IMG/VR virus record: IMGVR_UViG_3300001918_000004
Direction: 5' to 3' (one strand)
From: a virus
DNA length: 64,000 nt
In this document: in pieces, positions 46,386 through 55,771 of the stretch
Numbering within the stretch: the first letter of the stretch is position 1
Layout of the letters: each line of letters starts with the position of its first letter
Notes under the pieces: generated by a model
Database searches by the model: none
The model's input: only the letters and a program-made list of their open reading frames with translations
What the model was told of the DNA's origin: nothing
Position numbers and translations under genes: made by a program

Positions 46386-46594
46386 GACAGCCTTAGAGCG
46401 TCTTGATTAGACATCATCAACGCGCCTTTGCGACGTAATCGCCGCACCATGCGTTCGTCGATGGCGTACCGTACGTCATCGTAGTTGATGGCAAACCAGT
46501 TGGATAATGCAGCGTCGTAGCAGACGGCTACAATCGTGGATTCCGGCATAAAACACCTCCGTGTGCGTGTGGTTACGAAAAAGTAACGGCACAA
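46343..46594 (-). CDS. Hypothetical protein
   Basis: True start probably MPEST after GGAGGT. Confidence 0.5.
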   Translation of the reverse strand: MCRYFFVTTRTRRCFMPESTIVAVCYDAALSNWFAINYDDVRYAIDERMVRRLRRKGALMMSNQDALRLSWQLTRACVTQEAA

Positions 46595-46692
46595 CCGAAG
46601 TCATGCCGCTACGTTGTTGTGTGTGTGGTAGAGGGAAGGGTTATTTATATTGCGCCACCACTTCAGGCACATCGGCTTAAGGGATAAGCCTA

Positions 46693-46778
46693 CGCCCCAG
46701 GCTGGACTCGAACCAGCTACACAACGCTATCAGGAGGCCCGAAGGCTGATAACGCCATGTATCCCACGTAACTGGAGC
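46693..46778 (-). ncRNA. tRNA-like RNA 1 with non-canonical anticodon arm
   Basis: Acceptor GCTCCAG/CTGGGGC; T-arm GCTGG-TTCGAGT-CCAGC; 10-bp stem GCGTTATCAG/CTGATAGCGT with a 12-nt loop. Confidence 0.7.
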
Positions 46779-46786
46779 ACAGGAGG

Positions 46787-47071
46787 TTAGGTAGCGTACC
46801 GCTTAGCTACCTTTTCGCCCCACAAACAGCAGCCTAACGCCGCTACTGTGGTTTGAACTAAGGCTTTTGCCTCTGCGTGCCCTAACTTAATGGGCTTAGC
46901 GTTGGGTTGAGTGCGGTACAAACGCCCGTTTCGGGCCGTAATGCAGATTTCAGACTGCACACCAACTAACGGCTGGATGTGGTAGCCGAAAATTAACTGC
47001 ACACCCAATTTGTACCCGACAAACTCACCTTGGGCGTTAAAGAAAGCTTCAGACAAACGAATCGTAAACAT
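46787..47071 (-). CDS. Hypothetical protein
   Basis: GGAGA precedes the ATG. Confidence 0.55.
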   Translation of the reverse strand: MFTIRLSEAFFNAQGEFVGYKLGVQLIFGYHIQPLVGVQSEICITARNGRLYRTQPNAKPIKLGHAEAKALVQTTVAALGCCLWGEKVAKRYAT

Positions 47072-47080
47072 GTTTATCTC

Positions 47081-47269
47081 CTACTTATGGAGGGTGACTT
47101 TTAGCGTGTCTCCACCTTCGGGTGGCGTGTATGTGAAAGTAACGTTGTCGTTGGTCGTGAACCCTAATGCACGCAACAAGCGCAGCAACAAATACCGCCG
47201 TCGGGTGACGACGTTGAAGCAATAGCGTTGTGCTGCACGCAGTATTGCTTCGATGCCTTCAGTTGTCAT
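47081..47269 (-). CDS. Hypothetical protein
   Basis: GGAG precedes the ATG. Confidence 0.55.
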   Translation of the reverse strand: MTTEGIEAILRAAQRYCFNVVTRRRYLLLRLLRALGFTTNDNVTFTYTPPEGGDTLKVTLHK

Positions 47270-47297
47270 GTTTTAACTCCTGTTCAATTTGATGACG

Positions 47298-47723
47298 TCA
47301 ATCGCAGGGTTCCTCTTGGAAATCTTTGAGAACCTTACGCAATGCGTCGGACACCGTAGGGTCTCCGTAGTCTGTGAGTAACGACCACACGGTATCGCCT
47401 ACCCACAGCAACGCCCCGTCTGTGTCGTTGTTAGATACCTCCACATACGTCGTGTTGTTGAATTGCTTTTTAACGGTGCATCCGTATCCGGCTGCTTCAA
47501 GCTCTTTGACGATTTGGTTCACTAGAGGGGTCTGACGAATCTTAATCGACACTACTGTTTCGGTGTCGTTGTCTCGTCTGATAACCCATTCGTTGCCACT
47601 TTGCCGCATGTACCCTAGTGCTTTGAGCACTGTAACTAAAATTTCGTCCCGCAGGACAAACGACACGTCGTATTGAGCCTGAATGGACTCGACGACGGCG
47701 GTCAAAATATCCAGTAACGCCAT
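47298..47723 (-). CDS. Hypothetical protein
   Basis: ATG 47723 follows the repeated leader. Confidence 0.65.
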   Translation of the reverse strand: MALLDILTAVVESIQAQYDVSFVLRDEILVTVLKALGYMRQSGNEWVIRRDNDTETVVSIKIRQTPLVNQIVKELEAAGYGCTVKKQFNNTTYVEVSNNDTDGALLWVGDTVWSLLTDYGDPTVSDALRKVLKDFQEEPCD

Positions 47724-47738
47724 AATAAAAAACCTCAA

Positions 47739-47966
47739 CTACACAGCTTCGATGGCTTCGCGCTCTTCGCGCTCGACTAAATCCCAATACCGGGACAATT
47801 TTGCCTTTTCGACGGCACGACTGAAATGCTCGTGCGTGCCGACATAATGCATGTTCTCGGCGGGCACGGTCAATCGGACATGGTGCTCCATTGAAGCGAA
47901 CTTGTGCTCCATAACGTACCAAGGGGTACGTTTTATTTCTATGTACTCGTGCGGGTTATTCCGCAT
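47739..47966 (-). CDS. Hypothetical protein
   Basis: ATG follows the repeated leader. Confidence 0.65.
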   Translation of the reverse strand: MRNNPHEYIEIKRTPWYVMEHKFASMEHHVRLTVPAENMHYVGTHEHFSRAVEKAKLSRYWDLVEREEREAIEAV

Positions 47967-48090
47967 AAAAAAACCTCAACTACACAACAAAAAAACAGCG
48001 ACACACCTAAAAGCATGTCGCTGCCTGTATTACCTTATGGAGATAGATAATTACTTATTATGCGCCATTACCCACGGCGCAGAATGGGAC

Positions 48091-48372
48091 TTAATCTTCG
48101 TCGGCGTCGTCCTCCCACTCCATGAGCCGTGTTATCCAGTTGTGCTCTACGGAGTTCTGTTCTTGCGGGTAATGTTCACCTCGTCTATAAAACCTTTCCG
48201 ATGTTTTTTCCATACCACCGCACGGCATTCGCTCCCACGTCTGTATGCACAGCAAGCTCCAGCCGGTGTACCGCTGGAAAAACTGCAAAATTCCATGCAA
48301 ATCCGTCGATTGATTGGGGTCTCCGTGCAGTAAATATTGCTCGTCCCGTTTAGTCACATACAGCGTTTTCAT
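48091..48372 (-). CDS. Hypothetical protein
   Basis: ATG follows the repeated leader. Confidence 0.65.
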   Translation of the reverse strand: MKTLYVTKRDEQYLLHGDPNQSTDLHGILQFFQRYTGWSLLCIQTWERMPCGGMEKTSERFYRRGEHYPQEQNSVEHNWITRLMEWEDDADED

Positions 48373-48428
48373 AATAAAAAACCTCTCAACTACACAACAA
48401 CAAAATTAACCGCTGCAATGAACGGTTA

Positions 48429-48513
48429 CGCCTCGTGCAGGAATCGAACCTGCTGCTACGTCGCAAACAAACTCCACTAAGTTTGCAACGCATCCTCCCA
48501 TGAGGTACGAGAC
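48429..48513 (-). ncRNA. tRNA-like RNA 2 with non-canonical anticodon arm
   Basis: Acceptor GTCTCGT/ACGAGGC; D-arm CTC-ATGG-GAG; 10-bp stem CGTTGCAAAC/GTTTGCGACG with a 12-nt loop; T-arm GCAGG-TTCGATT-CCTGC. Confidence 0.7.
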
Positions 48514-48557
48514 AAAAAACACACGCCGTAGCAAGTTATTGTTGTTGCGGCGTGTGT
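48514..48557 (-). terminator. Rho-independent terminator-like hairpin
   Basis: ACACACGCCG/CGGCGTGTGT arms followed by a T run on the minus strand. Confidence 0.55.
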
Positions 48558-48622
48558 GTATGTATTCAATATGTCCCATCATTTGCGTGGTACTTTAACG
48601 TCATTTCACGCCGGACTGAGTA

Positions 48623-48862
48623 TTAGCCGATAATGACACGTTTCAGTGTCTTCAAATGCGTCTGCACGTGCTGCGGCTGTAACGCAATTTTTGCGTCACG
48701 TTTCGCACGTTTTCGCTCAATTATTTTCTCGACTGTGCGTGGTTCCGGCAGTGGGACGCCGGTAAGGTTACTAAGCTGCGTTTGCCATGCGTCGGGCACG
48801 TAGTTAGGCCCGACAGCAGCAACGGTTGCATTGTTTTTACGCAATTCAATTATTTTCGGCAC
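48623..48862 (-). CDS. Hypothetical basic protein
   Basis: GGGAGG precedes the GTG start. Confidence 0.55.
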   Translation of the reverse strand: MPKIIELRKNNATVAAVGPNYVPDAWQTQLSNLTGVPLPEPRTVEKIIERKRAKRDAKIALQPQHVQTHLKTLKRVIIG

Positions 48863-48970
48863 GGTACCTCCCTAACGCTACAAAAAAAACCGAAACGACA
48901 ACTGTTTTAACTTAGAAACCCCAAGCACTCGCAGTTGTTTCACGAATGCTTGGGGTTATCCTTTTGTCGA

Positions 48971-49315
48971 TTAGAGGGCGATTAGATCACCTTGGGCGGG
49001 CGAATAGGCTCCGGCTCCCCATGTGGTCGTGTAGGACGTGGAGTTGATTGAATAGCCGGAGAACCTGCGGTCGTACACCTTAATTGCTTTTTGCATCTTG
49101 TTTTTTCGGTAGGTGCATATCTGCCTTAAGTCGGCGTAGTAACCGTCCCAATGGGCGCATGGCGTGCTGTACCATGACACCTCTAACGTTGTTGCTGTTG
49201 CGTCGGATTCAAATTCTAAAAGAACGTCTCGAAAATCGTTTACAGGTTTGTCTCCATAAAAAGCGGAGTATCCGGTTTTACGATCACATTTCATTGTTCC
49301 GTATGCGGTTGACAT
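48971..49315 (-). CDS. Hypothetical protein
   Basis: AGAGGA precedes the ATG. Confidence 0.6.
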   Translation of the reverse strand: MSTAYGTMKCDRKTGYSAFYGDKPVNDFRDVLLEFESDATATTLEVSWYSTPCAHWDGYYADLRQICTYRKNKMQKAIKVYDRRFSGYSINSTSYTTTWGAGAYSPAQGDLIAL

Positions 49316-49482
49316 AACAAAATCCTCTCTGTGAATACCACGTACTTATATCCCGCTGGTGGTGTGCAGCGGCATGGAATTAAGCCCCACGCACGTGTAC
49401 GCACTTAAAAAAAAGCGTTACGTGGTGGGGCCTAATAAAAAAAACCTAAATGCTTCCTCTTTCGGTTTTTAGGCAGCACAAA

Positions 49483-49520
49483 GACCCCAGCCAGTATCCG
49501 AGGGGATACCAGCCAGGGTC
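49483..49520 (-). terminator. 17-bp hairpin downstream of the first early gene
   Basis: GACCCTGGCTGGTATCC/GGATACTGGCTGGGGTC pairs fully (with G-U pairs) only on the minus-strand RNA, followed by TTT. Confidence 0.65.
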
Positions 49521-49552
49521 TAAGGCTACCGTCTTTATGCGCTAGGTGCGGT

Positions 49553-50647
49553 TTAGGTGGTGGTGGTTTCGGTGGTTTCGGCTTCTACAGGCTTGGCCTG
49601 GGCCTGGGCCACTTTCTTGGTGCGCGGGGTGCGCGCTTTCTTGCTAGGGGCAGGGGTTGGGGCTTGGGGTACAGATTGTAACCCAAGGTTGGCGATGTAA
49701 TCAACAGCGGCCATGATGTCGTCAATCGCATTGAGTGCGACGATCTGACCATCCGATAGCATACCAGCATCAGCCAGTTGATTAAACTTGATAGCCAAGC
49801 TAATCGCACTCTGAGTGCTATGGGACGGCACTGGACGGGGTAACGGCTCGATAATACCTTTGGCGGCAAAGGTATCCATTACCGCACCCCAAGGGTTATC
49901 GGTAACGTACTTGAGTACGGCATTAGCTTCAGACAAGGCTTCAGCGTCAGCATTGGCTATCACAGTGTACCGACGGGCAACTAACTCAGACATAAAACTG
50001 TCCACGTGTTCCCATTCCCACTTAGAAGGGTTAGGCTTGGAATTGGCACGTTCCCAATCCACCAGGGCCTTGGGCTTGACCGTACCATAAACCATCTTGT
50101 CAGTGGTATATTCAATGGTCACGCGTCCGGCCTCACGGGCTTTAGCGTAGTTAGCCAAGAATCTACTAGCATCCTGACAAAACTTGGGAAGCTTACCCTT
50201 AGCCATGTCCGGTGATTTAGCTTTGAGTTGGTTGCGATACCACTCAACAGCCGGTTTAATCACGGGTATGGTCTTGTTGAGCCATTCCAAAGATTCATCA
50301 TGCAAATCGCTCATGTGCATCGCATTGAGCGCGACGTGTATCTTATTCTGGCCGGTCAAGCTATAGTTAAGCGCAATGAACACGATGTTAACGGCAACGC
50401 TTGGGTTATTAACATCCGCACAAAACTGAGCCAAGTTATACACTGCGCTGTCGATCAAGCCATCTTTGCGGTACTGTAAACGCTCAAGAGCATAGCTAAA
50501 CACGTCACCCTGGCAGGTGAACACGTTTTGTGCCAGTTCGCTCTTGATAAAATCAGCTAACGCTTGATCCCACAAGAGATCAAACTTAGCTTTAGCCGTT
50601 TTAGCGGCCGCATAGATGGCATCGTACGCGTTTTGAGTGTATTCCAT
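49553..50647 (-). CDS. Hypothetical protein, first gene of the leftward block
   Basis: AGGAG precedes ATG 50647; Lys/Ala/Thr-rich tail; distinct codon usage. Confidence 0.75.
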   Translation of the reverse strand: MEYTQNAYDAIYAAAKTAKAKFDLLWDQALADFIKSELAQNVFTCQGDVFSYALERLQYRKDGLIDSAVYNLAQFCADVNNPSVAVNIVFIALNYSLTGQNKIHVALNAMHMSDLHDESLEWLNKTIPVIKPAVEWYRNQLKAKSPDMAKGKLPKFCQDASRFLANYAKAREAGRVTIEYTTDKMVYGTVKPKALVDWERANSKPNPSKWEWEHVDSFMSELVARRYTVIANADAEALSEANAVLKYVTDNPWGAVMDTFAAKGIIEPLPRPVPSHSTQSAISLAIKFNQLADAGMLSDGQIVALNAIDDIMAAVDYIANLGLQSVPQAPTPAPSKKARTPRTKKVAQAQAKPVEAETTETTTT

Positions 50648-51143
50648 GATTTGTCTCCTTAAAGTGAATGAACAATGAATGAACAAAAGTTTAGTCAGTT
50701 CACACTACGGGACGATCATGCCCTCACTCATGGGGGCGTGATCGCCCCCTAGCGCATAGGTTTCGGATTCAGTTGTCAAGGTACAGAACATAGGCCCATC
50801 GCAGTTTGAAAGCTGCTGTTACCTATGCCGATTACATAAGTGGCACACACACCCTTGTAAGGGGTGGGTGGGATGTGGTAGGCTATCTTCCCCCCACAAC
50901 CTAAGTATGCCTCACTCCACCCCTCAAACTAGGGTAGGCTGGGCTAAGGTTAGGTCTGGAGTATGCCTGTTTACAATGGATGCAGGGTATTGGGATGCCG
51001 TCTAAAAAAACCTAATAACCCCATCCAAATTTTCCTCATATCCCCCAGCCAAAAAGCCTCAACCAGCCCTCAAATTCACAAAACCTGCGTTAACCCTACA
51101 CTAAGATCAGTTAATCCCTGTTAGTTCAAACGCCATAAAAGCC

Positions 51144-52025
51144 ATGACTTACGTCCAACATCTGCTGTGGGATATATACCCAAACGAAGTCGAAGCCATT
51201 CTTCGCAAAGCCAAAGTATCCCCAGACATCACCGCCACAATCCCCACTGACCTAGAGCCTCCAGCAGCCCTCAACAAATACTCACCCGAGGAACTTGAAG
51301 CTCTACGCCTCGAACCGTGGTCACACCTCAACGCCGAACAACAAGCCATCCGCAAATACTTCAAACGAGTCAGTGCCATCAAGCAACGCAGCAACCGAGC
51401 AAGAGCTTTAACGCACACTCAAATCCGGCACGTGGACATCGATTGGGAACAAGTCGAGCAAGAATACATTCAAGGCAGCACCAATGCCAGAGGCCATCAT
51501 GTCTATCCCACGCACGAAGCCTTAGCCGAGAAATACGCCTGTTCCATCACCACACTCCGCAACAAAGCCAAAACAAACCAATGGACACTCAAGCGCAACC
51601 TGTTCCGACAAAAGCTGCGTCAATTCCGTGAAACCGAGTTCATTGGTGCGTTACTCACAAAAGGCACCAATCTCGACGAAAAGCATCTCAGCAAAATCGA
51701 GATGATGCATGAGTTCATCGACAGCTACTTTGAAGACATCCGCAACCGCAGTGCAGACACTCCTTTAGACATCAAAGGCTTAGAAAGCGTCATGCGAATC
51801 CTCAAAGAAGCTCACGCCTTAGCGAAAGACATCACGCTGCAAGGTCAAATGACCCGTGACGAAGCTAAGAAGTTCATCGAAGAGATGCGTACAGCCCAAT
51901 TGGTCGAAATGGCTCGACAGAGTGGTGATGTGGCTGCTGCGGAAAACAACAACAAGCTAGACGCTCTCAAAGCCGAGCTTGCTGCCACAGAAGCCCGTAA
52001 ACGTGAACTGCTCGGACAACTCTAA
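51144..52025 (+). CDS. Terminase small subunit-like HTH protein
   Basis: IDWEQVEQEYIQG..THEALAEKYACSITTLRNKAKTNQW followed by coiled coils. Confidence 0.6.
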   Translation: MTYVQHLLWDIYPNEVEAILRKAKVSPDITATIPTDLEPPAALNKYSPEELEALRLEPWSHLNAEQQAIRKYFKRVSAIKQRSNRARALTHTQIRHVDIDWEQVEQEYIQGSTNARGHHVYPTHEALAEKYACSITTLRNKAKTNQWTLKRNLFRQKLRQFRETEFIGALLTKGTNLDEKHLSKIEMMHEFIDSYFEDIRNRSADTPLDIKGLESVMRILKEAHALAKDITLQGQMTRDEAKKFIEEMRTAQLVEMARQSGDVAAAENNNKLDALKAELAATEARKRELLGQL

Positions 52026-52027
52026 CC

Positions 52028-52219
52028 ATGCAGCACTACCAATCCGTCTCCGACAACCTTGACGAACATAAAGACCATCCTTGCTATGTCTTTGCACGTC
52101 AAATCCTCAACGCACTCAAAGACCTAAAACTAGATGCACCGGACACAAGCATCTACTTCGACTCCAATCGCATTGACTTTAAGTGGCGCAATGGGGCGAT
52201 AATCAGCATCAGCAATTAG
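52028..52219 (+). CDS. Hypothetical protein
   Basis: Starts directly after the TerS-like gene. Confidence 0.5.
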   Translation: MQHYQSVSDNLDEHKDHPCYVFARQILNALKDLKLDAPDTSIYFDSNRIDFKWRNGAIISISN

Positions 52220-52572
52220 CTGGTTTTCTACAGATGCACAACGACGACATTTTAGACAACGCTCTCAATTACGCCAAGCAACACTACCCACAAGCAGCAC
52301 CACAACAATGGGCTGCATTTGCAAATAGCGTGTACTATCTCATGACAGGCTGGAGTGGTGGTTACGGTGGCCCAAGCTTAAGAGAGCACATCATCAACCA
52401 TCTCTACAGCGTATCTTCAGGCAACTACCTAACGTGGGATAACGCCGTATCAAAATGCGCTGACATCTGCTTTGCACCGCCAGAGCAACTCAAAGACTAC
52501 TTCAAGCAAATGCGTGACCTTGACCTACCGCACTTCGACGACTTAGCGGCAGATCTTGAAGCCTTAGACTAA
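52183..52572 (+). CDS. Hypothetical protein
   Basis: True start probably MHNDD. Confidence 0.6.
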   Translation: MAQWGDNQHQQLAGFLQMHNDDILDNALNYAKQHYPQAAPQQWAAFANSVYYLMTGWSGGYGGPSLREHIINHLYSVSSGNYLTWDNAVSKCADICFAPPEQLKDYFKQMRDLDLPHFDDLAADLEALD

Positions 52573-52604
52573 ATACATGTTCAACAATCCAAGGTTAAGT
52601 CTGT

Positions 52605-53876
52605 ATGTCTGTCGCATCGTTCAGTTCCGCTGCAAGAAACGCATGGCGTAAATTTCATCTACGAGATGCTGCTCGTACACAAGCTGTAGATCAGTTAGCT
52701 CGGGTCGATTCTGATCCCGACTATCGTTTCCCCTTACCGCTACAACGTGCTGAAAGACGTAACCCTCACATTCTGCCGTTGGACTGGATACCCAGAAACA
52801 CAGGCGCAATCAAAAACCCAACCTGGAACAATCGGGTGGTTAAAGAAGCGTCACGCCTACGCAACGCTCGAATCGAACGACCTAATCCTGTCGGTCGTGC
52901 AACACAGCAGCAAAAAGCTAAACTACGCCAAACCATCTCGCAACTCTCTCCCGAAGACAAGGCTCAACTTGTAGCTGTAAACCAAGAGCGTGCTGCCTGG
53001 TACAGGCGAATGAAACTCACGCAGCCTGCTGACACACAAATAGGCAAAATACAGCCGAGAATTGGGCATGATTCCACACATACCTTGCTGTCGTCTAGTG
53101 CAGTAACACCGAGCCTACGTCAACGGGCGTTAACTACCTCACCTGTGAACGAAGAAAAGACACGGGCTATTGAGTCACTTTTAGATCGGGTTCCTGTACG
53201 CACCGTAAAAGGCGACGCAGAAGAATACATGGGACAGCTTCGCAAACAGGTTCCGAATGCAAAAGACCTTCCTGCAACAAGCGATTGGGTAGATGACTAC
53301 GACCGAACGCTTCGAACAGGTGCTAACCCAAGAGTGTTGAACGCTCACAACACGGTAATGCGTATTGCCGCAGACCGTCAAAAACAAACCAGCGCACGGA
53401 TAGCTCGGTACAGCAGCATTAACTACCTCGCAGACTTCAGTACCGGGACGTCGTACTACTTCGAGCAAGACACGAAAGATCCAAACATCTACAACGCCGT
53501 TGAAGGGTATGCCACAACACGAGGTCAATACCCTGCAACCGAATACGAAATGGTTGATCCAGACCGCTACGGTCGTGAGGTAGCGAAAAGCACCCGACGG
53601 TACAACAGACGTGAGTGGGGTAAATCCCTAGCAGCAGGTGGAAGCACATTAGGTGCATTAGCCGGAGCAACCGGAGCTTACAACTTGCTTGTACGCAATA
53701 AACCCAGAAAACCACTTCAAGCCGCAGGCATCATTGCAGCCGGTATAGGTGCGGGTTCGTTAGCTGGAGCTACACCCGGAGGTGTGTTAGCACTACTCAA
53801 CCGGTCTAGACGCACAGATCATCCGATTCGTAACAAACGCACAAAAGAAGTCGTAGATTCCATCCCGATTAGCTAA
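52605..53876 (+). CDS. Basic protein with GHDSTH domain and C-terminal Gly-rich hydrophobic hairpin; putative internal virion protein
   Basis: Shares a long domain with 53873-55771; GGSTLGALAGATG..AAGIGAGSLAG. Confidence 0.6.
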   Translation: MSVASFSSAARNAWRKFHLRDAARTQAVDQLARVDSDPDYRFPLPLQRAERRNPHILPLDWIPRNTGAIKNPTWNNRVVKEASRLRNARIERPNPVGRATQQQKAKLRQTISQLSPEDKAQLVAVNQERAAWYRRMKLTQPADTQIGKIQPRIGHDSTHTLLSSSAVTPSLRQRALTTSPVNEEKTRAIESLLDRVPVRTVKGDAEEYMGQLRKQVPNAKDLPATSDWVDDYDRTLRTGANPRVLNAHNTVMRIAADRQKQTSARIARYSSINYLADFSTGTSYYFEQDTKDPNIYNAVEGYATTRGQYPATEYEMVDPDRYGREVAKSTRRYNRREWGKSLAAGGSTLGALAGATGAYNLLVRNKPRKPLQAAGIIAAGIGAGSLAGATPGGVLALLNRSRRTDHPIRNKRTKEVVDSIPIS

Positions 53877-55771
53877 AAGATCGGACGCCTACCTTCTGGA
53901 TACGGTCTCAGTGCGTTAGCGGGCCGACGTCCTTTGTATTTGCGATACCGTACAGGATGTATCATACGCACGGTCGTTACTGTACGTGTGGGTTTACCTG
54001 TAGCGGACACACCTTCTTTAGTAATAAACCGCAGCCCTTCCCACGGGTAATCTCGGTGTCCTCTCAAGAACCCACTTAAGATGTCCGTTTCTCCAATGCG
54101 CTCAAAAGAGTCCGAAGGCACACCCATCTTTAGGCGTTGTCGAGCGACTCTTTCCCACCGAGCTTTGGTCATCTCCTTAAACCCGAAATTAGCCGCCGTA
54201 GCTCCACTACTAAACCGTGCAGCACGACGGTTTTGCCATGGGTTTGCAATTCCTTGACGCTCTGCTGCCAAACGCATCTGGTAGTTATGAGCACGCCATG
54301 CACGACCTCTGTTTGCACCGGACTGCCGGATGCTCTGGTCTAAGTTATCTACCCAACGCACAGGCTCACTTGGATCGGTCTGCACGAACTCACGTACGGC
54401 TTGTACCGGTTGGCGATCCAACAGTTTCTCTGTAGCTAACGCTGCAATCTCAGAGTCCAAGTCCGTGTTAAGTGCAGGATACCTGGGTGTGTTGCCTCGT
54501 TTCTGTGCCGGATACACGTGAGTGCTGTCATGTCCCGTACGAGCATACAAATTCTCATAGCGGCTGCCTGGTGTTTCTCGTTGCGTCATCTTCATGCGGC
54601 GATGCCATGCTGCACGGTTCTGATTAAGCTGAATCAACTGTTGCCGTTCACTCGGATCAAGCCCTTGCATCACACGCCGTAACGTCTGCTTCTGTTTGGG
54701 AGTTGCTTTGCCTGTAGGTGTTGTGAGAGTGCTGCCACCGGGACGTCTTGAACGCCCAATCTGCTGATTAAGCTCGTCGCCGGTTAAGTCCCGCAAACCT
54801 TCATTGATGCGTTGACTGTATGCCTTATCTACTTTGCGTTCCCAGGTCGGATTGAGACGTAGATTTTCAACTCTGTTGCGGCGTCCGGCTCCGGTAACGC
54901 CATCACCAATGTCTCGAGTGCTACGAGGTAGCTGATCAAACCGACCGGGAATGCTACGAGCCTTAGTATTACCTGGCACCGTATGCCGCCATTCTGACGG
55001 CACAACCATGCTGTTGCGTTGTTCGGCTCGTTGCAGAGGGAGTCGATGAATGGTTTGCGGTTCGTTGTTGCGCTGCCGCATCAAGTCATCTGCCCGACGA
55101 TCAATCTCGGAACGCATGGCAGCTTTACGCCACACACGTCGCTCACGTCCTTTAAGCCCACCAATAAACGCCGAAGATGTACGTCGTGCCCATTCGTCAG
55201 GTGAGTACGGTGTGGGTCTTGGTATGGCGAGTTTCTTAAACTCAGCAAGTCGCTGCGATGCGGCAAACTCAGGTTTACGCAATGCACCAACATAGGTTTT
55301 CATGTATAACGTCCTTCCCGGCAAATAACGAGTACCAAGCACTTCTTTGTAGCGTTGTCCGACTTCATCGGTAATGGGTTGAATCTCCACTTTCCGAGTG
55401 TTGGGCAACCGAGCATTTGAGGCGATGTGTGACTTTAACGCCGGTACAGCACCGCCTCGAAATCCTGGTTTCGGATTGCCCATTAGTAACTCCACTTTAA
55501 AAGCGTTATCCTGCGGGTTGTCGATAGTCTTGGCTAAACCAACAGTGCGGCGACGCTTACCGTCTCGCTGAATCAGAAAGTTTAGATTGCGTCCGTCATT
55601 CATGCGGGCTTCTTCGCGCATCCAATCCGATATAAGCTGCCGGTCTAGGGCTTGTGATGCATTCACATCGGTTTGTGCAGCAACGTTATCCCAACGATCT
55701 AACACTCTCAACCAGCGTTTCTTGTTCATGGGCTGAAACGCAAAGTTTGCATAGCTACCGATGTATCGCAT
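53873..55771 (-). CDS. Arg-rich multi-module protein with GHDSTH domain; putative internal virion protein
   Basis: Start probably ATG 55771; internal repeat ANF(A/G)F..M.K.RW.RV; domain shared with 52605-53876. Confidence 0.6.
   Translation of the reverse strand: MRYIGSYANFAFQPMNKKRWLRVLDRWDNVAAQTDVNASQALDRQLISDWMREEARMNDGRNLNFLIQRDGKRRRTVGLAKTIDNPQDNAFKVELLMGNPKPGFRGGAVPALKSHIASNARLPNTRKVEIQPITDEVGQRYKEVLGTRYLPGRTLYMKTYVGALRKPEFAASQRLAEFKKLAIPRPTPYSPDEWARRTSSAFIGGLKGRERRVWRKAAMRSEIDRRADDLMRQRNNEPQTIHRLPLQRAEQRNSMVVPSEWRHTVPGNTKARSIPGRFDQLPRSTRDIGDGVTGAGRRNRVENLRLNPTWERKVDKAYSQRINEGLRDLTGDELNQQIGRSRRPGGSTLTTPTGKATPKQKQTLRRVMQGLDPSERQQLIQLNQNRAAWHRRMKMTQRETPGSRYENLYARTGHDSTHVYPAQKRGNTPRYPALNTDLDSEIAALATEKLLDRQPVQAVREFVQTDPSEPVRWVDNLDQSIRQSGANRGRAWRAHNYQMRLAAERQGIANPWQNRRAARFSSGATAANFGFKEMTKARWERVARQRLKMGVPSDSFERIGETDILSGFLRGHRDYPWEGLRFITKEGVSATGKPTRTVTTVRMIHPVRYRKYKGRRPANALRPYPEGRRPIF

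Larger units (their letters stand above)
47721..48400 (-). repeat. Three copies of the leader TGTGTAGTTGAG(AG)GTTTTTT(ATT)ATG
   Basis: Copies at 47721-47745, 47964-47990 and 48370-48400, each ending at a start codon. Confidence 0.8.

Noticed and set aside
45181-48400. CRISPR array or cas locus near the Csx15-like gene
   Set aside because: There are no regularly spaced repeats and no other cas genes; the three repeats present are gene leaders separated by whole ORFs
46693-48513. Calling the two elements normal tRNAs with an assigned anticodon
   Set aside because: No 5-bp stem with a 7-nt loop can be drawn in either, so they are reported as tRNA-like ncRNAs
3988-50479. Many short plus-strand ORFs
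   Set aside because: They are antisense shadows of well-supported minus-strand genes and show no motifs
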